A DNA stretch of 64,000 nt, taken from assembly GCA_013288345.1 (NCBI GenBank), contig JABDCA010000010.1, positions 6,340-70,339 of the forward strand, written 5' to 3'. This document shows positions 25,242-33,769 of the stretch, one piece after another (within the stretch, counting starts at the first letter, position 1; every line of letters starts with the position of its first letter). The translations under genes and the position numbers were made by a program. Source of the DNA: Bacteroidota bacterium (GTDB lineage: Bacteria; Bacteroidota; Bacteroidia; JABEUT01). Under the pieces are notes generated by a model. It worked only from the letters and a program-made list of their open reading frames with translations, searched no databases and was not told the DNA's origin.

Positions 25242-26576
25242 ATGAAAACATTACTCTCCATTACAACTATGCTCAGCCTCTCTGTGCTACTCCATGCACA
25301 AAGCAGCGAAAAAAGAAACCTGGGCGATTTCAGTACCATTGATGTAAATACAGCTGCCACTATAAACATCAGCCAGTCCGACAGCGACTTCGTAACTGTT
25401 GAATCGAAAGGCGACCTGCATCTTATATCTACCAAAGTAGAAGATGGTGTGCTGCGCATACATTCAACAGGTAATGTTACCTGCAACGTTAGGGTAAAAG
25501 CACTTAAGGGTATTATAGCCAGAGATGCCGCAACCGTTAAGTCTGACAACACATTAAATGTAGATGACTTAAAAATAACAGAATCTGATGCCAGCACAGT
25601 TAACTTAAGCCTTGCGGCAAAATCGGTGGAAGCCGTTATTAAAGATGCCAGTACACTCAAACTTTCGGGCACAACCGACAACCTTGATATTTCTGCTTCT
25701 GATGCTTCTACAGTAAAAGCTGTCGATTTAAAAGCAACAACAGTAACAGCATTGGCACATGATGCAGCACGAATAAAGACATGGGCTGAAAGCAAGATAA
25801 GTGCAAGAGCAACCGATTCAGGTGTGATAAGCTATAAAGGAACACCAACAGATAAAAATACTTCAGCTACAGATGCAGGCCTTGTAAAAACTGACGATGG
25901 AGAAACTGTTACTTCCGGCATATCTAAAGATGAAGGAAAAGATATTGACAACGATGATGACTCGACTTCTACTTCTTCAGGATTAAAGCATGGTTTCTCT
26001 GATGAGTATATTGGTTATGGTTATGTACTTGGCCCCGACGGTGCAGGTGCAACTATAAAGTATGGCAGATCGAGGGAATTTAATATCGGATTTGGCGGTG
26101 GCTATAAATTTTTTAAATGGAACGGTATCGGTGCTGATATCTATTACAAATCGACTGACTTTTTTCTGAACCAGGATTCAACCAAGATATTACCTAATAC
26201 TGTGTTGCATAATGGAGGAGAAAAAATTTCCTTCAATAATTTCGGTGGTTTAATTTTCGACAGGTTCTTTATTGGAAAAATGTTTTTTGATGGCGGATTT
26301 TATTACGATTGGATATTTACCAACCGCCATGTAACCTGGGATAATTATACCACGCCTAATGCTGCCGGTGCAACGTCAACCAAAACAATCGACAAGAATT
26401 TATCTTTCGTAAACCCATCAGATTATGGCCTGCAGTTCAGGGTAGGTTCAAAAAACGGGGTTTGTTTATATTTTAATTACCGATTGGCCAAGCTCTTCAA
26501 AGAAACCAACGGCGCAACTTCTGGTCCTCCGGAGTTACCTCCATACGTGTTAGGGATAAACATAGGCGGATTTTAG
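25242..26576 (+). CDS. DUF2807 (GIN/adhesin-head-like) domain protein fused to a C-terminal outer-membrane beta-barrel-like domain
   Basis: Signal peptide, then RNLGDFSTIDVNTAATINISQSDSDFVTVESKGDLHLISTKVEDGVLRI (DUF2807 pattern). An acidic linker follows, then a Gly/Tyr/Phe-rich alternating C-terminal ~190 aa ending in ...GINIGGF (terminal Phe, the OMP beta-signal). Confidence 0.6.
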   Translation: MKTLLSITTMLSLSVLLHAQSSEKRNLGDFSTIDVNTAATINISQSDSDFVTVESKGDLHLISTKVEDGVLRIHSTGNVTCNVRVKALKGIIARDAATVKSDNTLNVDDLKITESDASTVNLSLAAKSVEAVIKDASTLKLSGTTDNLDISASDASTVKAVDLKATTVTALAHDAARIKTWAESKISARATDSGVISYKGTPTDKNTSATDAGLVKTDDGETVTSGISKDEGKDIDNDDDSTSTSSGLKHGFSDEYIGYGYVLGPDGAGATIKYGRSREFNIGFGGGYKFFKWNGIGADIYYKSTDFFLNQDSTKILPNTVLHNGGEKISFNNFGGLIFDRFFIGKMFFDGGFYYDWIFTNRHVTWDNYTTPNAAGATSTKTIDKNLSFVNPSDYGLQFRVGSKNGVCLYFNYRLAKLFKETNGATSGPPELPPYVLGINIGGF

Positions 26577-26603
26577 GTCAGTAACAAAGGAGGATCACCC
26601 AAT

Positions 26604-26631
26604 TAGCCCTTTCAGAGAAATCTGGAAGGGC
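26604..26631. terminator. hairpin between the convergent DUF2807 gene and the KAP NTPase gene
   Basis: AGCCCTTTCAGA-GAAA-TCTGGAAGGGCT, a 12-bp stem with one G:U pair. The U tracts are weak on both strands. Confidence 0.5.
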
Positions 26632-26653
26632 TTGTTATGAATTTCCAATTGCT

Positions 26654-29600
26654 CTAATATGCAATTACTAATTCTAATATTTCCAATAAAAATACGCAGT
26701 TCGTTTTTGTAAAAGGAACAGCACTTTCAATACCAGGGATACGTAAATACGCTTCATTAGAATCTTGCATTTCCTTTTTTGTTTTTGAAATCAGCTCAGA
26801 ATCCTGCCTATTTATATAATATAGCATAGTTTCCATTAAGATTGTAAGCCCAGGTTCATTTTGCCATGGATTTGCTCTCCCATTTTTTGAATATTTGCTT
26901 ATAAGCAGATTCTTGCAAAGTAAATACCGATAATAGAAGATTCTTATTTTCCTTGGCGTTGCATCAGTCCATTTTTTTGTAATCTCTGAGAGCGTGACAA
27001 TTTCATTTGCTGTAAGTTTACTGAATTGATTCTGAAATAAAACCCTTTCATCCTTAGCTTTCTTAATTTCTGGAATCGAGGTGATATTACCATTTCTTTC
27101 ACGTAGTATAAAGTCTCCCCCTTTTGCAACTGAACTACCGTCTTTAGATAGAATATCTAAGTTCAGTTTGCCCATTTGATCGGGTATATCAGAACTATCT
27201 GCGTTGCTTCTCAAATATTCCTTATGAAACTTTACATATTCAACGTCATCTCCTGAAACTGTTGTTCCGCTTTTTTTCATCTCATTTCTAATTTTTAAAT
27301 CCTCCGCTTGATTAATTGTCTTTTCATCAACCTCTTTATTTAAAAGCTTAAAAAGAAATTCTTGTTTTTGTTCTTCAGTTAGTATTCCAAGTTTAATAGC
27401 AGAAATGAAAATTTTATCAAGATATTCTGAGGTGAGTTCCTTAATATCGAATGCAATATTTTCTTTTATTTGAGTCTTATTAAATAAATGTAAGTATTTA
27501 ATATGTATTGCATTTTTTAATATTCTTTCATCTATTGGAGCTACTATTATTAAGCGTTTACATATCTCCTCATCTTCAAGCATAACCCTCAAAGCATCAA
27601 TATTTTGGATTATTTTATCTTCTGTACACCTATCAGTATCTTCAACAATTAAAATTATTTTCTTCCTTTTTGTTCCAGAGTATGGAATCCAAACCTTTAA
27701 TAATTTAATAATTTCATCCTGTATGTCAGCCTGTATGCCCAATGATTCTTTATAAGAATGTCTTGCACTATATTTCTTTATAAGATGAATCGCTTTTATT
27801 GAGTATTCTTTATAAGTATCTTTTAACACATAAAGAACAACTATTGGAATGGAAATTAAAGAATATGCTGTTTTACTGTAAAAAGAGTACATAATCGAAA
27901 ATGCAAGAGTGAAGACTACAAGAAATAAATATGAGTATATAGGCCACTTACCATGTCTCGCAGTATTTAATTTTAATAATCGTTTCCAATATTGATATCC
28001 ACCGAAAAAGCTTTCACCTTTATTCAGATAATTTTTGGCAAATAACTCATATAAATATGCCCATGAAGCTGGAGCCTCTTGATATTTCCATGCATGATAA
28101 GTTAACCAGATATATTCCTTATCTTTTTTAAGGGAAAGTACTTTTTTAATTTGTTCTATTAAATACGTTTTTCCTCGTCCCCATCTTCCAAAAATGCCAA
28201 CCATTTGCCCTTTTTCCTCCGGAAGATCATCTATAATTTGAGCCAGATCAGAGGCCAAATCGGCAACTCCCATTGCGGGTTCAATATTTTCATTTCGCAT
28301 TGAAAAACTAGTTTTATGTGCATGTAAAACATTAAAATCAGTTTTTGATTCAAGCGTTTCAATTTCTTTTGGTATAACATGATCCACATTATCTTTATCT
28401 ACTGATAGTGCATCTTTCAACAAATCCTCTAAAGATTTGAAGTCTCTATATAAATTCATTGTTTTGATATCAGGAATCTGAATTTTAAATTCAGCATCGC
28501 CGAGTTGTATAACCTTAAAAAGTCCATCAAATCTGCTCAGAAGAACAATAAAATCTATTAACTCGCTTATTCCATATCCACTTGCCCTACTAAGCATAGT
28601 GTCAGTAATTGGCGCATCATTGCCATCTTTTTCTAAAATTGATTTAATAGCAAAAATTGTGTCCTCAACACCTTTTATATAATTAGAATATGGATCAATA
28701 GTCCAAATGCCATAAAAAGTAATAAGGCTGCCTCCTTGCAAGAGATTTGTGTCAATTAATGTGGGATCATAATCCCTAGGAAGCTTATTCCAATGCCTTG
28801 AAATAATTCTCGAATATGAAGGTTCGCGCCCTCCTTTATTTTCCTTGAAATTTGAATAAGCAACATTTAACCAATACTCATCGTCTTTATTAAGTATTAC
28901 TGGAGGAAAAGAGAAGATTTTTTTCCCTTCAGGAATTTCCCCTGTCTTTTTTGTAGTTTTAGTCAATTGCCTATTCCAATCTTCTAGTATATCTGCTACA
29001 ATCCTCCGTCTGTTTGAGATAATTCTGAAATCATATAGTCTATTATCATAATATGCATAATGGCTGGGGAAATTAAATGGTCCATCATCAATCGCCGCAA
29101 AGTATAAAAAACTATTTGCATTTCTTTCAGTTCTTTTATGAATTTGCATTGCAGTATTTTCGACGCGCAAATAGTTCTTATTGCTTTCACTCGATTGGCT
29201 TTTTATAAATATTACATAATTAATATTTTCATCCTCAAATAATTTTTCCGTATTAAATGTTGCGCCATTTTTGTCATCCGTTATTGGTTCAGTATGGGAT
29301 ATTGCAAATTCATAATCATCAAGAAAATTTCTCAACCTATCTAGATATAACCTATCTGTATCAGTTGTGATTATTAATATATTAGGATGTAGACCTGGTT
29401 TTGTTTGTCTTGGTTTTTTCTCCTTTTCAATTCTTAGTAGTTCCTTAGCATGTATCAGTCCTTTTTCCTCAAATGAAACTGATCCTTTATCTATAGTTTG
29501 ATATTGAAAAGCTATATTTCCGTTTATTTTCAATAGCTTAAGTACTCTATTAAACTCATCTTCATCTATACAGTACGCTTTTAAATACTCTGTTATCTTA

Positions 29601-29989
29601 TAGGAAATGTTTTTAACAACTGCTCCGCCTTCCTTATAGCATTTCAATAAATAGTAATCACATTTTGATTCAAAATCTCTTGGGTAATCTGCTAATCGTA
29701 CAATATGTTCAATTAAAGTAGGGGTAATTATCGTTTCTTTATCAATTTGCCATTCATTATTAAAAAGCATTGCCTGAAAAACCCACTTGTTTGATTCAGT
29801 TATGCTTGCCTTAACTAAGTCCAAATCACCTAACCTAATTGTATAATTGTTATTATTATACATTAAATCATATTGGTAGAAATTATCCTCAGTTCTAGAT
29901 ACGGCGCTAACTTGCAGATTAGTAAATGGGCAAGCCATAAAAACTCCAACGCCACCAAATTTGAAGCCATCTTCTTTTTTTTCAGCCAT
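26654..29989 (-). CDS. KAP-family P-loop NTPase with long uncharacterised N-terminal extension
   Basis: 1111 aa. Walker A GIFGRWGRGKT (nt 28169-28198 encode G598-K607) and Walker B IILIVEDTDR (27629-27658). Two hydrophobic helices, aa 682-722 (27824-27946), sit between them, which is the KAP hallmark. Markedly AT-rich: 17/60 and 18/60 G+C at 27301-27360 and 28501-28560. Confidence 0.8.
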   Translation of the reverse strand: MAEKKEDGFKFGGVGVFMACPFTNLQVSAVSRTEDNFYQYDLMYNNNNYTIRLGDLDLVKASITESNKWVFQAMLFNNEWQIDKETIITPTLIEHIVRLADYPRDFESKCDYYLLKCYKEGGAVVKNISYKITEYLKAYCIDEDEFNRVLKLLKINGNIAFQYQTIDKGSVSFEEKGLIHAKELLRIEKEKKPRQTKPGLHPNILIITTDTDRLYLDRLRNFLDDYEFAISHTEPITDDKNGATFNTEKLFEDENINYVIFIKSQSSESNKNYLRVENTAMQIHKRTERNANSFLYFAAIDDGPFNFPSHYAYYDNRLYDFRIISNRRRIVADILEDWNRQLTKTTKKTGEIPEGKKIFSFPPVILNKDDEYWLNVAYSNFKENKGGREPSYSRIISRHWNKLPRDYDPTLIDTNLLQGGSLITFYGIWTIDPYSNYIKGVEDTIFAIKSILEKDGNDAPITDTMLSRASGYGISELIDFIVLLSRFDGLFKVIQLGDAEFKIQIPDIKTMNLYRDFKSLEDLLKDALSVDKDNVDHVIPKEIETLESKTDFNVLHAHKTSFSMRNENIEPAMGVADLASDLAQIIDDLPEEKGQMVGIFGRWGRGKTYLIEQIKKVLSLKKDKEYIWLTYHAWKYQEAPASWAYLYELFAKNYLNKGESFFGGYQYWKRLLKLNTARHGKWPIYSYLFLVVFTLAFSIMYSFYSKTAYSLISIPIVVLYVLKDTYKEYSIKAIHLIKKYSARHSYKESLGIQADIQDEIIKLLKVWIPYSGTKRKKIILIVEDTDRCTEDKIIQNIDALRVMLEDEEICKRLIIVAPIDERILKNAIHIKYLHLFNKTQIKENIAFDIKELTSEYLDKIFISAIKLGILTEEQKQEFLFKLLNKEVDEKTINQAEDLKIRNEMKKSGTTVSGDDVEYVKFHKEYLRSNADSSDIPDQMGKLNLDILSKDGSSVAKGGDFILRERNGNITSIPEIKKAKDERVLFQNQFSKLTANEIVTLSEITKKWTDATPRKIRIFYYRYLLCKNLLISKYSKNGRANPWQNEPGLTILMETMLYYINRQDSELISKTKKEMQDSNEAYLRIPGIESAVPFTKTNCVFLLEILELVIAY

Positions 29990-30106
29990 TTACATATCAA
30001 TTATAGATAGTAAAAATAACCAAATTGTCAACCTACGCAACGTACAAATCCCTCACTTACTAATCCTACAAATGCGTTATATTTTAGTGATTATAGAAAT
30101 AAAAGA

Positions 30107-30114
30107 TAGATTTG
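30107..30114 (+). promoter_or_regulatory. -7 box TAGATTTG (M16 peptidase)
   Basis: Matches TAnnTTTG. 32 nt upstream of ATG 30146. Confidence 0.45.
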
Positions 30115-30145
30115 GTAAAATTTATTCATCTACTATATCATTCCT

Positions 30146-32956
30146 ATGAAAAAAATCTTCTCGCTATTTTCCCTTGCAGTAATTCTATTGGCACTTGTTC
30201 AACCTGCTGTTGCACAAAATTTAGATAAGCCTATTCCGAATGACTCATTATTGCGTACAGGCACCCTGCCCAACGGAATGAAGTATTACATACGTAAGAA
30301 TGTAAAACCTGAAAAACGCGCTGAGCTTAGGCTTGCTGTCAATGCAGGTTCGGTGTTAGAGAACGATGACCAGCAGGGCCTTGCTCACTTTAACGAGCAC
30401 ATGGCCTTTAACGGAACAAAGAATTTTGCACATAACGACATTGTTAACTTCCTTGAACTATCGGGTGTAAAATTCGGCGCTGATTTGAATGCATATACCA
30501 GTTTTGATGAAACTGTATATATGCTGCAGGTACCTACCGATTCTGAAAAAATATTCAACAAAGGATTTCAGATCTTAGAAGACTGGTCACATAATTTAAG
30601 CTTCGATTCAGTAGAGATCGATAAAGAACGTGGAGTAGTTATTTCTGAAAGGCGTTTGGGTTTAGGTGCATTCCAACGTATGCAAAATGAATACTGGCCT
30701 ATATTATTTCAAAACTCACGTTATGCCGACAGGGTGCCTATTGGTAAACTAGATATACTCGAAAACAGCAAACACTCTACACTTAAACAGTTTTACAAAG
30801 ACTGGTACAGGCCCGATTTAATGGCTGTAATAGCTGTTGGAGATTTTGATGTGGACAAAGTAGAGAAAATGATAAAAGAAAAGTTTGGTGCAATCCCTGC
30901 CCGAAAAGATGAAAGGCCACGTACCTTTTATGATGTACCCGATAGCAAATCATTACTGATTGCAAAAGCTACCGATAAAGAAAACCCTTACAACATTATT
31001 GAACTGGTATATAAACATGCCAAGCAACATACCCGCACACTTGCTGATATGAAAAGAGATATGATATCGGAAATGTTTTCGGGCATGCTGAATGGCAGGT
31101 TACAAGAACTTCAAAAACAATCGAACCCGCCATTTTTATTTGCTAATGCTGGTATTGGTGGTTTAGTTAGAACAAAAGATGCTTTTACAGGATATGCAGC
31201 AGTAAAAGATTCAGGCATGATGGCAGGCATTGAAGCCCTGCTTACCGAATGCGAAAGAGTAAAGCGTTTTGGCTTTACTGCTACAGAACTTGACAGAGAA
31301 GGGAAGAAATTATTACGCCGCGCTGAAAAAGAAGCGAAAGAAAAAGATAAAACAGAATCGAAGAACTATGTAGGTGATTATGTGCAGGCATTTTTAGAAG
31401 ATGAGCCTGTGGCCAGTGCAAAATTCAATTACGACTTCTACAAGCAATATATTGGCACCATTACGTTAGATGACGTAAACCGTGTTGGCAAAGAATGGAT
31501 AACCAGTAACGGAGAAAATGCAGTTATAGTTATACAATCACCAAGCAAGGACAGCGCACTTATGCCATCTGATAATACTATCCGTTCGGTTTTTGAAAGC
31601 GTGCAGAAAAAAGAACTGAAACCTTATGTAGATAAAACATCGAACAAACCGCTTATGGCTACCAAGCCTGCACCGGGTAAAGTTGTTGCCGAAAAAGAAA
31701 TAAAAGAACTTGGCATTACCGAATGGACCTTATCGAACGGAATAAAGGTGGTTGTAAAACCTACCGATTTTAAAAATGATGAAATAGCCTACAACTCATA
31801 CCGTTGGGGCGGCACTTCGCTATACCCCGATAAGGATTACATGTCGGCAAGTAACGCTGCTGCCATTGTTGATGAATCGGGTATAGGTCAATTCAATTCA
31901 ACCTCGCTGGAAAAAATGCTGAGTGGAAAGATAGTATCTGTTTCACCAAACATAGGTGAACTTTCAGAAGGCCTCAGGGGCAAATGCTCTCCGCAAGATC
32001 TGGAAACAGCTATGCAATTAATAAATCTTTATTTCACACAGCCACGTAAAGACGATACGGCTTTCAATGCATACATATCACAAAACAAAGGCTTACTTGA
32101 GAACCGCAGCGTAGATCCTGCCAGTGCATTCAGCGATACAGTGGGTGTAACTATGAGTTCATATAACTTCCGCCACAGGCCTACAACCATTGCCACATTA
32201 AGTGAAATTGATTTGAACCGTGCATTTGATATTTACAAAGAAAGGTTTGCTGATGCGGGAGGATATACCTTCTTTTTTGTAGGAAGCTTTAAACCTGCTG
32301 AATTAAAGGCATTGGTTGAAACGTATATTGGAAGTCTGCCTGCAAAACAAACAAACCCAATGTGGAAAGATGTAGGAGTAGTTACACCTAAAGGGCTTAT
32401 AAATAAAACAGTAAACCGTGGTAAAGAACCTAAGGCAACGGTTCAACTTATTTTCTCCGGGCCATTTGAATATACCCGCAAGAACAGGATGGATATGCAG
32501 GCTTTATCAGCATTGCTAAGTATAAAATTACGCGAGGAGTTAAGAGAAGAAATGAGCGGAGTATATGGTGTTGGAGCAAATGGTTCTGCTACACATTACC
32601 CAAAGCAAGAATATAAGTTTGCCATTTACTTTGGCTGCGCACCCGAAAGAGTAGAAGAACTGCTTACTGCGGCATTTAAAGAAATTGACTCGGTAAAGAA
32701 TTTTGGTTGCACCGATATTAACCTGCAAAAAATAAAAGAGACCTTTAAAAGGCAGCGCGAGGTTGATTTGAAGGACAATAATTTCTGGCTATCGGCTATT
32801 ACACAAAACTACCAGAACAATGAAAATATTTTAGATATTCTGGAATTCAATAAATATGTTGATGGCCTTACAAGCGATGATTTTAAACGCCTGGCAAAGC
32901 TTTACTTTAACATGAACAATTATGCCAAGTTTGTGTTGATGCCTGAGAAACAGTAA
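30146..32956 (+). CDS. M16 (insulinase/pitrilysin) family zinc peptidase, fused double-unit form
   Basis: 936 aa. Signal peptide and inverted zinc motif HFNEHMAFNGT (HxxEH). Confidence 0.9.
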   Translation: MKKIFSLFSLAVILLALVQPAVAQNLDKPIPNDSLLRTGTLPNGMKYYIRKNVKPEKRAELRLAVNAGSVLENDDQQGLAHFNEHMAFNGTKNFAHNDIVNFLELSGVKFGADLNAYTSFDETVYMLQVPTDSEKIFNKGFQILEDWSHNLSFDSVEIDKERGVVISERRLGLGAFQRMQNEYWPILFQNSRYADRVPIGKLDILENSKHSTLKQFYKDWYRPDLMAVIAVGDFDVDKVEKMIKEKFGAIPARKDERPRTFYDVPDSKSLLIAKATDKENPYNIIELVYKHAKQHTRTLADMKRDMISEMFSGMLNGRLQELQKQSNPPFLFANAGIGGLVRTKDAFTGYAAVKDSGMMAGIEALLTECERVKRFGFTATELDREGKKLLRRAEKEAKEKDKTESKNYVGDYVQAFLEDEPVASAKFNYDFYKQYIGTITLDDVNRVGKEWITSNGENAVIVIQSPSKDSALMPSDNTIRSVFESVQKKELKPYVDKTSNKPLMATKPAPGKVVAEKEIKELGITEWTLSNGIKVVVKPTDFKNDEIAYNSYRWGGTSLYPDKDYMSASNAAAIVDESGIGQFNSTSLEKMLSGKIVSVSPNIGELSEGLRGKCSPQDLETAMQLINLYFTQPRKDDTAFNAYISQNKGLLENRSVDPASAFSDTVGVTMSSYNFRHRPTTIATLSEIDLNRAFDIYKERFADAGGYTFFFVGSFKPAELKALVETYIGSLPAKQTNPMWKDVGVVTPKGLINKTVNRGKEPKATVQLIFSGPFEYTRKNRMDMQALSALLSIKLREELREEMSGVYGVGANGSATHYPKQEYKFAIYFGCAPERVEELLTAAFKEIDSVKNFGCTDINLQKIKETFKRQREVDLKDNNFWLSAITQNYQNNENILDILEFNKYVDGLTSDDFKRLAKLYFNMNNYAKFVLMPEKQ

Positions 32957-32975
32957 AAGAGATTATAATAGTTCA

Positions 32976-33037
32976 GTCACACTGAGCTTGTCGAAGTGTA
33001 AAACAGATGGAATATACTTCGACAAGCTCAGTACGAC
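32976..33037. repeat. inverted repeat (REP-like) between convergent genes; possible bidirectional terminator
   Basis: The core ACTGAGCTTGTCGAAGT (32981-32997) is the exact reverse complement of 33016-33032. The arms extend with 2 mismatches. Confidence 0.8.
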
Positions 33038-33063
33038 AGTACAATAATATTTACTATCCTATT

Positions 33064-33714
33064 TTATTTAACTTGCTCCCCTACAAAAGGGTTGTGCTTT
33101 TTTTCGTGGCCTATGGTAGTTGGTATGCCGTGGCCCGAATAAACTGTTACATCATCAGGCAGGGTAAATAACTTAGTATGGATATGATGGGCAAGGGTAT
33201 CAAAATCACCACCGGGCAAGTCCGTTCTGCCAATACTTTCTCTGAAAAGAACATCACCACCCCATAATATCTTATGCTTTTCGGAATAAAAGCAAATACT
33301 GCCTGGCGAATGGCCCGGGGCAAATATTACCTTGAATTCCTCATCGCCTAAACGAACCGTATCTCCCTCATTCAGAAAGGCTTCCGGTTTAGGTGAGGCA
33401 GTGGCATTTACCCCGTAAAATGTTGAGGAGTAAACTAAGGCTTCAAGTATCTGAAGGTCAGCGTGATGCATTTGAGGTGAGAGGCCATATTTTTGGTGTA
33501 CAAAGTCGTTACCCAGCACATGATCAATATGGGCATGGGTATTGAGTAATAAAACAGGCTTAAGCCCGTTAGTAGAAATGAAATCGGCAAGCTTACGGTT
33601 TTCAGCGGCATCGCTGTTACCGGGGTCAATTATTACAGCTTCACCGGTTTCGAGGTAAAGTATGTAGGTATTCTCGCTGAATATATTAAAAACAAAGCTT
33701 TTCTGTTTGAGCAT
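33064..33714 (-). CDS. MBL-fold metallo-hydrolase (glyoxalase II-like)
   Basis: 216 aa. HAHIDHV (HxHxDH) plus downstream GHSPGS and D/H ligands. Confidence 0.9.
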   Translation of the reverse strand: MLKQKSFVFNIFSENTYILYLETGEAVIIDPGNSDAAENRKLADFISTNGLKPVLLLNTHAHIDHVLGNDFVHQKYGLSPQMHHADLQILEALVYSSTFYGVNATASPKPEAFLNEGDTVRLGDEEFKVIFAPGHSPGSICFYSEKHKILWGGDVLFRESIGRTDLPGGDFDTLAHHIHTKLFTLPDDVTVYSGHGIPTTIGHEKKHNPFVGEQVK

Positions 33715-33732
33715 ATACTATTGTACTTAGCG

Positions 33733-33740
33733 CAAAAATA
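33733..33740 (-). promoter_or_regulatory. -7 box TATTTTTG (MBL hydrolase)
   Basis: Matches TAnnTTTG. 19 nt upstream of ATG 33714. Confidence 0.5.
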
Positions 33741-33769
33741 GTAAATTAGCATTCTAATATAGGTAAGCA

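Noticed and set aside
25235-25795. 186-aa minus-strand ORF
   Set aside because: It is antisense to the DUF2807 gene. The product is low-complexity A/S/T/V-rich, typical of a shadow frame opposite a T/S/A/D-rich coding region.
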